From Chroococcopsis gigantea SAG 12.99 (GTDB lineage: Bacteria > Cyanobacteriota > Cyanobacteriia > Cyanobacteriales > Microcystaceae): 64,000 nucleotides of DNA. A program made the translations under genes and the position numbers. The DNA lies in NCBI GenBank assembly GCA_032860995.1, contig JAODIG010000001.1, positions 3,639,829 to 3,703,828 on the forward strand. Direction: 5' to 3'. The notes beneath the pieces were generated by a model. The model made no database searches, had not been told where the DNA came from, and saw only the letters and a program-made list of their open reading frames with translations. The first letter of the stretch is position 1. Each line of letters begins with the position of its first letter. This document shows, in pieces, positions 41,095-51,084 of this stretch.

Positions 41095-42894
41095 ATGGGG
41101 AAGTTTTGGAAAGGAGTCAGTGCTAGTTGTCTGGGCACTTTGATCGGCTTAACTCTGTTCTTAAGTTTAGCAGGCGGAGGATTAAGCTTTTTGCTCGCTT
41201 CCCTGTTGTTCCGGGATACCAGTACAAAAGTTTCCCCTAGGTCGATATTAGTTTTCGATCTATCTACCTCTATCAGCGATACTGAACCCGCCTCTACTCT
41301 GGGTCAGGCTTTAACGGAGGGCAATAGTAACACTTTAACTCTACGGCAGGTGTTACAGGCGATCGATATAGCCACTAGAGACAACAATATCACCGCCCTA
41401 TTACTTTACGGTCGCGGGGCCGCCGGTGATTACGGCTATGCCACCCTGGAGGAAGTGCGTCAAGGTTTGAAGAAGTTTAAAGCCGCCGGTAAAAAGATCA
41501 TCGCCTACGATACGGGTTTCAGCGAGAAGGAATATTACCTGGCTTCTATGGCTGATGAAGTGGTTCTTAATTCGATGGGGCAATTGGAATTTAACGGGTT
41601 GAGTTCGCAACAAACTTTCTTTGCCGGGGCGATGGAGAAGTACGGTGTCGGGGCGCAAGTTGTCAGAGTGGGTAGCTATAAATCGGCAGTGGAACCTTAT
41701 ATTAGAAAGAATTTAAGTCCCGAAAACAAACAACAATTAGGAGCTTTGTTAGGGGATGTTTGGACTAATTATTTAACCGTCATCTCCGAGAATCGACATA
41801 TACCAGTACAGAAGCTAAGACAAATTAGCAATAGAGAAGGTATTCTTTCACCTGAAGTAGCCCAAAAAGCCGGTTTAGTTGATAAGGTGGGCTATCTAGA
41901 TCAAGTAATAGATAAAATGAGAACTATAACCGGCGAAACAGCAAATGAGATAGATGAGGATAAGCCCTCTTTCCGGCAAGTATCTCTAGGGGATTATACA
42001 GGGGTTAAACCCGCTAAAGAAAATACTTCTACGAATAAAGTAGCGATCGTATATGCTGAAGGTACGATCGTGGACGGCCAAGGGACGAGTAATGAAGTGG
42101 GCGGCGATCGATACGCGCGCATCTTCCGCAAATTGCGAGAGAATAAAGATGTAAAAGCCGTGGTCTTGCGTATTAATAGCCCCGGCGGCAGTGCGACGGC
42201 TTCAGAAGTTATGGGGCGCGAGATTACCCTGCTAAATCAACAAAAACCCGTAATAGTTTCCATGGGGGATGTGGCCGCATCGGGGGGTTATTGGATCACC
42301 ACGGGGGCGAAAAAAGTTTACGCCCAGAATACCACCATCACCGGCTCGATCGGCGTTTTCGGTTTATTATTCAATATCGAGAAAATCGGCAACGATAACG
42401 GGGTTACTTGGGACACTGTAAAAACGGCAACCTTCGCTGATATTAATACCTCTACTCGCCCGAAAACCCCAGCGGAATTGGACATATATCAACGATCGGT
42501 CAATCGAGTATATAGTTTATTCTTGGATAAGGTGGCTAAAGGTCGCGATCTTCCCCTCGATAAAGTGAAAAATATCGCTCAAGGGCGAGTATGGTCGGGC
42601 CAGTCCGCTTTGAGTATCGGTTTGGTGGATGAAATCGGTGGGTTAGAAAAAGCGATCGGTTTCGCCGTTGAAACTGCCAAGTTAGGAAAGGATTGGACTC
42701 TAGAAGAATACCCCACTAAAAAAACTTTCGAGCAGGAAATAATCGGCAGATTACTGAATACACAAATGGCAAAATCTTCAGATCCTCTTAACAGCCAATG
42801 GCAAAAATTTCAAAAAGAATTGCAGAGTATCAAGAGCTTGAACGATCCTAACGGCGTTTATACTCGTCTTCCTTTTAATTGGGAAATTCGCTAA
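41095..42894 (+). CDS. sppA: Signal peptide peptidase SppA, 67K type (S49 family, duplicated domain)
   Basis: It has an N-terminal TM segment and two ClpP/crotonase-like halves. The second half carries the motifs RINSPGGSA and MGDVAASGGYW. Confidence 0.85.
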   Translation: MGKFWKGVSASCLGTLIGLTLFLSLAGGGLSFLLASLLFRDTSTKVSPRSILVFDLSTSISDTEPASTLGQALTEGNSNTLTLRQVLQAIDIATRDNNITALLLYGRGAAGDYGYATLEEVRQGLKKFKAAGKKIIAYDTGFSEKEYYLASMADEVVLNSMGQLEFNGLSSQQTFFAGAMEKYGVGAQVVRVGSYKSAVEPYIRKNLSPENKQQLGALLGDVWTNYLTVISENRHIPVQKLRQISNREGILSPEVAQKAGLVDKVGYLDQVIDKMRTITGETANEIDEDKPSFRQVSLGDYTGVKPAKENTSTNKVAIVYAEGTIVDGQGTSNEVGGDRYARIFRKLRENKDVKAVVLRINSPGGSATASEVMGREITLLNQQKPVIVSMGDVAASGGYWITTGAKKVYAQNTTITGSIGVFGLLFNIEKIGNDNGVTWDTVKTATFADINTSTRPKTPAELDIYQRSVNRVYSLFLDKVAKGRDLPLDKVKNIAQGRVWSGQSALSIGLVDEIGGLEKAIGFAVETAKLGKDWTLEEYPTKKTFEQEIIGRLLNTQMAKSSDPLNSQWQKFQKELQSIKSLNDPNGVYTRLPFNWEIR

Positions 42895-42977
42895 ATTTGA
42901 GTAAAAATACGGTTGTCATATAGGGAATATAAAATAGAGAATCCTGATAATTAGTATGTAATCGAACAAGAAAGATA

Positions 42978-45134
42978 ATGAATCGTAATACCGGGATAAT
43001 CTTTTGCTTATCCTATGGATTGGGATTATTATTAACAGGGTTTTTCGGCTTTCCCAATCCTCGTCCATCCGCTGGGCAATGGTTGATAGTTCTAACTTCA
43101 ATACTGTTAATCTTCGGTGTGATGGGCACAATCGCACAACGAGCGTTGTACCCCCATCCAAGAAGAAAAGTTTGGTTGATAGGGGCGGTGATAGCGTTTC
43201 TAGGCGCTATATATTTACAGTGGCGTATACCCACGCCGGGGGTGAATGATATTAGCCGTTTCGAGATCAATCCATCGGCGAGTCAGTATGTCACCCTAGA
43301 GGGAAAAGTATTATCGGAAACCCGATTGACCCGTACCGAGAAATTACAGTTATGGTTGGAAGTAAGGGAAATATTAGCAGGAGATCGATCGCAACCCGTC
43401 ACGGGAAAACTATACGTCACCTTACCTCGATCAGAAACAAATAAACTTTATCCAGGTCAACTGATCACCGTGAAAGGTTCCCTATCCGGGCCCAAAACTC
43501 CTACTAATCCAGGTAGTTTCGATTTTAAATCCTACCTGACAGCTCGTGGTTGTTTTGCCACATTAAGAGGTAAGGAAATTATTAAAAAAAGTTCTCCGCC
43601 TCCCGGATTATGGCAACTCAGACAGAGAATAGTTAACGCTCAAAAAGAAGGATTAAAAGAACAGTTCGGCTCTTTAGTGAGTTCCATCACCCTAGGTAGA
43701 CAAGCAGTAGATTTATCACCGGAAATACAAGACCTATTCACTCGCACCGGGTTAACCCACGTTTTAGCCGTTTCTGGTTTTCACATCGCTTTATTATTAG
43801 GAGTCATCCTGAAACTAACTCGGAATTTATCGCCGCGTCAACAATTTTTCATCGGTATTACAACCATGATTTTTTACATAGGATTGACGGGGATTCAACC
43901 GTCGATTATGCGGGCGAGTTTAATGGGGGTAGCCGGGTTAATAGGCTTGGTGTATAACAGACAAGTTAACGCCTACGGTTCATTAATCGTCGTCGCTACC
44001 TTACTGTTATTATGTAACCCTCTCTGGATTTTCGATTTAGGTTTTGATTTGAGTTTTCTGGCGACCCTGGGATTAATAGCGGGTGCGGGGCCCATTCAGA
44101 AAAGGTTAGATTATCTGCCGTCTATTATTACTGAACCCATAGGGATTACTTTAGCTGCTTCCCTGTGGACTTTACCCCTATTACTGTATAGTTTTAGTTC
44201 TTTTGCCGTTTATAGTATACCTGTTAATATTATTACCACTCCTTTAACGACTGTTATCAGTCTCGGAGGTGTCCTCAGCGGGGCTTTAGCTTTAATCTAT
44301 CCTCCCTTGGGGAGTTTCGCCGCTTGGTTACTTTACTATCCTTTGCAGTTGTTAATTAATATCCTTTCTTGGTTCGCCAATTTACCCATTACTTTTTATG
44401 CTGTGGGACAGTTATCATTAGGAGTCATGATTTTAATTTATGGCTCGCTCTGGCTAGTATGTTGGCTGAAGCCATTACAGAAAAGGTGGTATCTGGTGGG
44501 TTTATTCATTATAAGTTTGATTTGCATACCAACTATTTATAATCGTCTGAGTTTAGTACAAGTAACCGTTTTTGATAGCCGTCATCCCACGGTAGTGATT
44601 CAAGAAAGAGGCGAGGTTATAGTAATCAATGGTAACGAGCCTAATACTTTTAAATACAGTCTTCTTCCTTTTTTACAACAACAAGGGATTAATAGGATCG
44701 ATGTAGCGATCGTTAAAGATAACGATGTTTCTACCATAGAAAAAACTTTGAAAATTTATCGAACGATCGATCCTCGTGAAAGTCAGCAGGTGAGTTTAGG
44801 TTCAATAGCGATCGATGTTTTCGACAATGGTTTACTAAGGTGGGAAATAAATAATTTATCTTGGCTATTCATACACGATAAAAAAGCTAAAGATAATCTC
44901 TCATCTTCGGGTGCTGAAGTAATATTATGGGCGGGGAAAAGTTTACCACCTTATTGGTTAGAGAGGGCTAATCCTAAAGTGGCTATAGCCATAAGTAAAT
45001 TTTTAACCCATAAAACCCATCAGAGTTTAGTGGACGCATCTATTGATGTACATATCACAGGGAGGGATGGGGCGATTATGTGGACACCAGATAAGGGGTT
45101 TGAGAAATTTTTAGAGAAGGAGTTCGAGTGGTAG
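42978..45134 (+). CDS. comEC: ComEC/Rec2 DNA internalisation channel protein with a degenerate C-terminal metallo-beta-lactamase domain
   Basis: It has an N-terminal OB-like domain and the Competence domain (GLTHVLAVSGFHI, SF.AT.G). The C-terminal domain is present, but the positions of the HxHxDH-type motif read KDNDVST. Confidence 0.8.
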   Translation: MNRNTGIIFCLSYGLGLLLTGFFGFPNPRPSAGQWLIVLTSILLIFGVMGTIAQRALYPHPRRKVWLIGAVIAFLGAIYLQWRIPTPGVNDISRFEINPSASQYVTLEGKVLSETRLTRTEKLQLWLEVREILAGDRSQPVTGKLYVTLPRSETNKLYPGQLITVKGSLSGPKTPTNPGSFDFKSYLTARGCFATLRGKEIIKKSSPPPGLWQLRQRIVNAQKEGLKEQFGSLVSSITLGRQAVDLSPEIQDLFTRTGLTHVLAVSGFHIALLLGVILKLTRNLSPRQQFFIGITTMIFYIGLTGIQPSIMRASLMGVAGLIGLVYNRQVNAYGSLIVVATLLLLCNPLWIFDLGFDLSFLATLGLIAGAGPIQKRLDYLPSIITEPIGITLAASLWTLPLLLYSFSSFAVYSIPVNIITTPLTTVISLGGVLSGALALIYPPLGSFAAWLLYYPLQLLINILSWFANLPITFYAVGQLSLGVMILIYGSLWLVCWLKPLQKRWYLVGLFIISLICIPTIYNRLSLVQVTVFDSRHPTVVIQERGEVIVINGNEPNTFKYSLLPFLQQQGINRIDVAIVKDNDVSTIEKTLKIYRTIDPRESQQVSLGSIAIDVFDNGLLRWEINNLSWLFIHDKKAKDNLSSSGAEVILWAGKSLPPYWLERANPKVAIAISKFLTHKTHQSLVDASIDVHITGRDGAIMWTPDKGFEKFLEKEFEW

Positions 45135-45158
45135 GATTGAAAAAATATTACCCCGCTC

Positions 45159-45482
45159 ATGGTCAAATACCTTTTCATTCTCTTAATTTTTATTACCTCG
45201 TGGCTGTACGTACCCCCGGTGATGGCGGCTTTCTGTCACAGTGAAGATGCTCACCGGGTTTGTATCGTCAGCATCAAGCGCAGTGCCAAGAATTACTGGC
45301 AATACCAGACAGAAATTGCTGTAGACGGAGTGAAGAAACCGATCGTTGTTTATAATTGTCGTACCAAGGAGAAAATATCTTTAGACAGTAGCCGATTACC
45401 CCTCGACCCTACAGGCAAGATCATCTGTAAATTGCCAGCGAATCGGGATAAAGAAAGATATTCGAGCGGCCATAATATTTAA
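45159..45482 (+). CDS. Small secreted hypothetical protein
   Basis: 107 aa with signal peptide LFILLIFITSWLYVPPVMA and 4 Cys in the mature part. Confidence 0.45.
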   Translation: MVKYLFILLIFITSWLYVPPVMAAFCHSEDAHRVCIVSIKRSAKNYWQYQTEIAVDGVKKPIVVYNCRTKEKISLDSSRLPLDPTGKIICKLPANRDKERYSSGHNI

Positions 45483-45517
45483 TAACCCCTACAAGTTTTA
45501 ATATCATTAGTTTCTAG

Positions 45518-45541
45518 AAAACCGCCATTCCTGGCGGTTTT
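45518..45541. terminator. Bidirectional intrinsic terminator between convergent genes
   Basis: AAAACCGCCA (45518-45527), loop TTCC, then TGGCGGTTTT (45532-45541); a perfect 10-bp stem. Confidence 0.8.
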
Positions 45542-45547
45542 CGCTCA

Positions 45548-47620
45548 TCAAGCGTTCTGTAACAGCCCGGAATGGCGTAATAAAGGCTCCGTATCCGGTT
45601 CACGCCCGCGAAACTCTTTAAACACTTCCATCGGGTGTAAACTACCGCCCAAACCTAACACGGTATCGCGGAAACGATAACCCACCTCTTTCACCGCTTC
45701 CTCGTCATCCAATCCGGCTTCTTCAAAAGCAGCGAAGGCATCGGCGCTTAACACTTCCGCCCATTTATAACTGTAATAGCCCGCCGCGTAACCACCAGAG
45801 AAGATATGTCCGAAAGAACATAAGAAAGCGTCTTCCTCTAAAGGTGAAATCACAGTAGTGCTTCGGGCTATACGCTCGCGTACCTCGGATGGTGTCTCGC
45901 CGCCCCCCGGTTGATAGCGATGGTGTAACTCCAAATCGAGGAAGGAGAAGTGTAACTGTCTCAACATACCCGAACCGCTCATGTAGTTGCGTGCTGCCAA
46001 CAACTTCTGATAATAATGTTCCGGGAGAGTCTCGCCGGTTTCGTAGTGTTTGGCCATGTTCATCAGGGTAGGTCGATCGTAGCACCAATTTTCCATGAAC
46101 TGACTCGGCAACTCCACCGCGTCCCATTCTACATTATTTATCCCCGCAGCCCCCGGATAATCAACCCTCGTTAACATATGCTGTAAGCCGTGACCGAACT
46201 CATGAAATAAAGTCGTCACCTCATCGAAGGTCATTAAACTGGGTTTCCCATCTACTGGCGGTGTTTGATTACACACCAGATAAGCCACGGGCAAGCGGAT
46301 TTCGTCACCGATTTTAGCGCGCCCAATACACACATCCATCCACGCGCCGCCGCGTTTCTCCGCGGGGCGACTGTAAGGGTCAAGATAGAAATTGGCTATG
46401 GGATGGGCTTTCTCATCTCTAATCTCGAAATATCTGACTCCTTCGGCCCATACGGGGGCGCTACCATCGGCCGCGGTTATCGTCACCCCGAAAATTCTTT
46501 CGGCGAGGGTGAATAAACCTTCTAGAACTCGCGGTAGGGGAAAATAAGGGCGCAATTCTTCCGCGGTAAAATTAAACTTGGCTTCCCGTTGTTTCTCTGA
46601 CCAGTAAGCTATATCCCAATGCTTGAGGTCATCAATACCCGCGAAAGCTTTAATGAGTTCTAAATCTTCTTTCGCCGCCTCATAGCTAACCTGGCGTAAT
46701 TCTTCTAAAAGTTGTTCCACTTCTTCGACAGAGGCGGCCATTTTTCGGGCTAAACTGACTTCGGCGTAAGTTTTATAACCGAGTAGGCGGGATTGTTCTT
46801 GTCTTAACTCTAATATTCTCTCTATCAGTGGGTTATTATCCCATTCCCCACCCGATGCGCGACTGATGGAGGCTTTATATATTTTCTCCCTTAAATCACG
46901 ATTGGCGCTGTATTTCATGAAAGGAAAATAACTGGGAAAGTCTAAAGTTATCACCCACGGCCCATCTTCGGGGGTGGCATTCTCTTCGCCTTCACTTCTG
47001 GCGGTTTGGGCGGCTAAACCCAGCAAGCTTGGCGGCAAACCATCGATTTCTTCGGGTTGCGTCAGCTTCATTTTGAAGGCTTTAGTGGCATCGAGGACGT
47101 TATTGGAAAATTTAGTAGATAATTCCGCTAACTCTAATTGAATATTATTGAAACGCTCTTTCTTCTCGCCTTCTAAACTCACGCCCGATAATTCCGCGTC
47201 TCTGATAGAAGCGGATACTATGCGCTTTTGCGCTGGTTGTAGGCTTTGCCATTGAGTGCTATCCCGTAAGGCTTTAAAGCCTTCGTAGATGGGTTTGCTC
47301 TGGCTGAATCGACTGATGAACCCCACTACTTGAGGTTGTACGGTTTCGTAAGCGGCGCGCAATTCGGGGCTATTTTTCACCCCCATTAAATGCCCGACGA
47401 TTCCCCAAGTCCATCCTAATCTTTCTTCGATTCCGGTGAGGGATTCTACTAAATCGCTCCATGTGGGGGTAATATTGTTTTCTAATTCCGTGAGTTGGAT
47501 TTCTAAGTCGCTCAATAATCCGGTTATGGCGGGGACTATCTGCGCGGGTTCGATTTTATCAAAAGGGGGTAATCCTTGACCGATGAGGAGGGGATTGTCA
47601 ATGACCGATGTGTTTACCAT
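45548..47620 (-). CDS. prlC: M3-family zinc metallopeptidase, oligopeptidase A
   Basis: It has the HEFGH zinc motif (LFHEFGHGLQH) and a size of 690 aa typical of oligopeptidase A. Confidence 0.85.
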   Translation of the reverse strand: MVNTSVIDNPLLIGQGLPPFDKIEPAQIVPAITGLLSDLEIQLTELENNITPTWSDLVESLTGIEERLGWTWGIVGHLMGVKNSPELRAAYETVQPQVVGFISRFSQSKPIYEGFKALRDSTQWQSLQPAQKRIVSASIRDAELSGVSLEGEKKERFNNIQLELAELSTKFSNNVLDATKAFKMKLTQPEEIDGLPPSLLGLAAQTARSEGEENATPEDGPWVITLDFPSYFPFMKYSANRDLREKIYKASISRASGGEWDNNPLIERILELRQEQSRLLGYKTYAEVSLARKMAASVEEVEQLLEELRQVSYEAAKEDLELIKAFAGIDDLKHWDIAYWSEKQREAKFNFTAEELRPYFPLPRVLEGLFTLAERIFGVTITAADGSAPVWAEGVRYFEIRDEKAHPIANFYLDPYSRPAEKRGGAWMDVCIGRAKIGDEIRLPVAYLVCNQTPPVDGKPSLMTFDEVTTLFHEFGHGLQHMLTRVDYPGAAGINNVEWDAVELPSQFMENWCYDRPTLMNMAKHYETGETLPEHYYQKLLAARNYMSGSGMLRQLHFSFLDLELHHRYQPGGGETPSEVRERIARSTTVISPLEEDAFLCSFGHIFSGGYAAGYYSYKWAEVLSADAFAAFEEAGLDDEEAVKEVGYRFRDTVLGLGGSLHPMEVFKEFRGREPDTEPLLRHSGLLQNA

Positions 47621-47741
47621 GTTCTGTATTAATTAATACTTCTCTTTACATTATTATCTATAAACTCGCTACTCGGACATAGTAAACTGTAGCGTTGGCT
47701 AAACAATGTGCATTGCCACAAGGGTTTGATACTTTATCCTT

Positions 47742-48419
47742 CTATACTTTTTTCTTGGCACAAATCAAGTATTGTGTCGTTAAAAATTCTTCTAAAGAAT
47801 TAGAAGTGAAACGATTTATAGTCTTTAATAATTTATATCCAGAAAAAGATCTGGGTTTTATGCCCGTTATTTCTAACCCGGCTTCTTCGAAAAGAGCGAT
47901 CATGGTTTTTTTGGTAAAAAATCTCAGGTGAGTTTTATCCATTATTCCCATATCTTGGTAAGACCAATCACCTTTAAACACCAGCTCTTTAATAATATAA
48001 ATATGCCTGATATTAGGAATACTGGCGATTATAATACCATCGGGATTTAATAAATTCATATGGCTTTTAATTGTTTCCCAAGGATTGGTTAGATGCTCTA
48101 AAACATCAGGGTAAAGAATACAATCAAAGCTCTCATTTTTAATTGCTTCGGGGATGACGGTTCTATCCAAGTCGCAGATAACTAATTTCTCGTAGCAATT
48201 TTCTTCTTGGGCGATCGAGAGCGCTTCTGCACTTATATCCAGTCCTATGACTTGACTACCTATTTTTTCAACGATCGCTTTACCGGTTTTGCCAATACCA
48301 CAACCAACTTCGAGAACTTTATCCGGTTTATTCGAGATTAACTTTATCAGATCATGTCTAACATGGGAGCTAAAATAATATGATGATAAATTAGTTGGCG
48401 TTTTTATAGTATCTGACAT
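47742..48419 (-). CDS. Class I SAM-dependent methyltransferase
   Basis: It has motif I VLEVGCGIGK, and post-I/II motifs (GLDIS, ILYPDVLEH). Confidence 0.75.
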   Translation of the reverse strand: MSDTIKTPTNLSSYYFSSHVRHDLIKLISNKPDKVLEVGCGIGKTGKAIVEKIGSQVIGLDISAEALSIAQEENCYEKLVICDLDRTVIPEAIKNESFDCILYPDVLEHLTNPWETIKSHMNLLNPDGIIIASIPNIRHIYIIKELVFKGDWSYQDMGIMDKTHLRFFTKKTMIALFEEAGLEITGIKPRSFSGYKLLKTINRFTSNSLEEFLTTQYLICAKKKV

Positions 48420-48506
48420 AATAATATTAATGATATTTTTTTTATAATGTTAGCAAAAATCCAATGGAGATTAACCAGAAGAGAGAGAAAATTGAGAAAT
48501 AAAAAT

Positions 48507-49283
48507 TTAAATAGAAAAATCGAGCCAACTTTCTAATTTCAATATTATTCTATCCAGCTTTCTCTTCCGTTTTTCCCATTGAGGATGACTAATGTAATAA
48601 AAACAGTTTTGCGGCTTAACAGGCTCAGTGATATAGCCCGCAGCTTGCACTTTTTTCGAGATAGCGATCTCCGAGGCGATCGCTTCCCCGTAGCTATTGC
48701 CCGCGCAGAAACCACCTATTTTATTAAGGATCGGGCGCTCAGTGAACAAAATCAAAGATTGCAAGTGATCGGCCCGTGAGCCTTCTGGAATAGCATTTTT
48801 TTTTAAAAACGCCCTATATAAATCTATCCTACGCATTTTAACGCCATCTAGAGTGTGATCCCGATGAAAGTTGTTATAATTTGACTTTTCCAGAGATTCC
48901 CAAGTTACTGACCAGTTCAAGCTCTCACCTAACAAGCCGATGCTAGAATTGGAGCAAAATTTATCCAAGTAGCCTTTCAACCAGTTTTTTCGCAAGATCA
49001 AACAATCGTCTTGCAGGAATAAAAAATTGTCGTGGTCGGTAAGTTCTCGCCAGCCAGCATCCCATGCCCCGATGTTATAACCTGTATTAGGGCGTTCTAA
49101 GAGAGGGGTCGAGGAAAAACCTTCTTGTATCAAAACTGACTTGATGTTAGAGGAATCCCCGTTACACACTAATAGTATATCGAACGCCGCCCCGGCTTTG
49201 ATCGATCGAATCTGTCCCAGTAGATTAATCAAATTAGAGGGAGGGCTAGAAGACCAATAAGAAATAACAATCGCATTTTTCAT
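48507..49283 (-). CDS. GT-A-fold glycosyltransferase-like protein
   Basis: The start was trimmed to ATG 49283 (MKNAIVISYW). The NTGYNIGAWDAG and FLQDDC motifs resemble the GT2 nucleotide-sugar-binding and DxD motifs. The assignment is tentative. Confidence 0.4.
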   Translation of the reverse strand: MKNAIVISYWSSSPPSNLINLLGQIRSIKAGAAFDILLVCNGDSSNIKSVLIQEGFSSTPLLERPNTGYNIGAWDAGWRELTDHDNFLFLQDDCLILRKNWLKGYLDKFCSNSSIGLLGESLNWSVTWESLEKSNYNNFHRDHTLDGVKMRRIDLYRAFLKKNAIPEGSRADHLQSLILFTERPILNKIGGFCAGNSYGEAIASEIAISKKVQAAGYITEPVKPQNCFYYISHPQWEKRKRKLDRIILKLESWLDFSI

Positions 49284-49365
49284 ATTTTCAACGAACAATA
49301 GCCGCTACTCACGCCATTAATCAATCCTCTCGAGGAGATAGAAACTTTATTTTACTCCGAGATAT

Positions 49366-50502
49366 TCACCTCGCCTCGATCTTTCCCCGTTCGACTGTGA
49401 AAATCTGGCTCGATTTCAGCCAAGCGCCATCGAAGGCGTTGAGGTGCGTGGCGGTGATGAGGGTTTGAAATCGGTCTTCGATCGCATTCAATAACTGATT
49501 CTGTCTCTCTAAATCCAATTCTGCGAGTACATCGTCCAATAATAACAGGGGCGGTTCGCCGATCACTTCTTCCAATAGTTGCAATTCAGCTAATTTCAAG
49601 CTTAATACGAGTGTACGCTGTTGTCCTTGAGAACCGTAGGATTTAGCGGGAGTGTCATCGATTACCAGACTAATATCATCTCGATGGGGCCCCACTACCG
49701 AGGTAGCCAATTGATATTCAGCGATGCGACGGGTGGCTATCCTATCGATAAAAGCTTTCTGCACGCTGGCGGGGTCATCGCTAGTCCATTCTACATTGGG
49801 CAGGTAGTTAATCATCAGCGTTTCTTTCTTGCCGCTAATACTCTCGTGCCATTTCTGGGCCAGGGGTGCGAGTCGGGTTAACACTCTGGCCCTTCGGCGC
49901 GTCACTCGCGAGCCTGTTTGGGCCAGTTGTGTATCCCACAGGGATAATTGCTCTAGATAATCCCCCAAATTGTCCGCGCCTTTTTCTTCCCGGTGACGGA
50001 TTTCTTTCAGTAGTGCGTTACGTTGCCGCAACACCTGGTTATAGTCTTGGAGGATTCGTAAGTAAATAGGTTCTAATTGCAGTAGGAGAGTATCTATCCA
50101 ATTACGCCTAGTTTCCGGCGCACCTCTGACTAAATCCAAGTCCAAACTAGAAAATTCTACGGCGTTAAGGACTCCTAAAAAGTCGAGATGACGGCGTAGG
50201 GGTTCATTATTGAGCATAACGGTTCTTCTGCCCGTTGTCCGCAAAATTAACCCCAGATGGGAAGTGCCGTATTTACGGTTGACGGTGGCTAAAATTTGCC
50301 CCGTCTCCGCGTCTTCCGTCACTAATTCCCTGTCTTTACTCACGCGATGACTTTTGAGGGTGGCTAATAACTCCACGGCTTCGAGGAGATTGGATTTACC
50401 TTGAGCATTATTACCTAGGATTATCGTTTTCTGCCCGGAAAAATTCACTAACTGTTCTTGATAGTTACGAAACGTGCGCAGGTGCAATTGCGTGAGATAC
50501 AT
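49366..50502 (-). CDS. recF: DNA replication and repair protein RecF
   Basis: The start was trimmed to MYLTQLHLRTFRNY. It has Walker A GNNAQGKSN, the signature SQGQQRT and Walker B LLLLDDV. Confidence 0.9.
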   Translation of the reverse strand: MYLTQLHLRTFRNYQEQLVNFSGQKTIILGNNAQGKSNLLEAVELLATLKSHRVSKDRELVTEDAETGQILATVNRKYGTSHLGLILRTTGRRTVMLNNEPLRRHLDFLGVLNAVEFSSLDLDLVRGAPETRRNWIDTLLLQLEPIYLRILQDYNQVLRQRNALLKEIRHREEKGADNLGDYLEQLSLWDTQLAQTGSRVTRRRARVLTRLAPLAQKWHESISGKKETLMINYLPNVEWTSDDPASVQKAFIDRIATRRIAEYQLATSVVGPHRDDISLVIDDTPAKSYGSQGQQRTLVLSLKLAELQLLEEVIGEPPLLLLDDVLAELDLERQNQLLNAIEDRFQTLITATHLNAFDGAWLKSSQIFTVERGKIEAR

Positions 50503-50550
50503 TAAAAGAAAACCGCTCAACAAGGTTCAACGCCTTACTCATCATATCCT

Positions 50551-51084
50551 ATGAGATTTCTTCCCACTTTGACTTTATTGCTATGCTTATCCACTTCGAG
50601 GGTAGGGGCAGTTCAATTAGCAGATGGTACGAGCGCTTTCACTCGCTCGCCGCGTCTGTTAGATTTCATGACCACCATGAGTAGTGTAAGTGTCTGGGGT
50701 GCTAAATATTATCTCACGATCGATTTTCCCGCGGGTGCCCAAGAGGGCTTACAAAGCGTCGCGATACAACAGAAACAAGGCACGGAAGATATACAGTTTG
50801 ACCTCCAGAAAACTTTCGCTTTCTTTGGTGATAGAGATAATCGTCAAGAAGCTATCCCGATTAGAGAGGTGACGAGGGACGACGGGGGCAATATTTCTAT
50901 TGTTTTCGAGAGAGCGATCGATTCCGGCCGAACTGTTACCATTGGCTTAGTCCCCTATCAAAACCCTTTCTATGATGGTGTCTATCTATTCGGTGTCACG
51001 GCTTTTCCTACCGGGGATAAGCCGAGGGGTTTATATTTAGGAGTGGGACGCTTACAGTTTTATCGTGGTGGTAGTGCTTGGTAA
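50551..51084 (+). CDS. DUF2808-like secreted protein
   Basis: It has a signal peptide, then F..SPRL....TT......A.Y.LTI..PAGA...L..V.I.Q, a pattern typical of cyanobacterial DUF2808. Confidence 0.5.
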   Translation: MRFLPTLTLLLCLSTSRVGAVQLADGTSAFTRSPRLLDFMTTMSSVSVWGAKYYLTIDFPAGAQEGLQSVAIQQKQGTEDIQFDLQKTFAFFGDRDNRQEAIPIREVTRDDGGNISIVFERAIDSGRTVTIGLVPYQNPFYDGVYLFGVTAFPTGDKPRGLYLGVGRLQFYRGGSAW

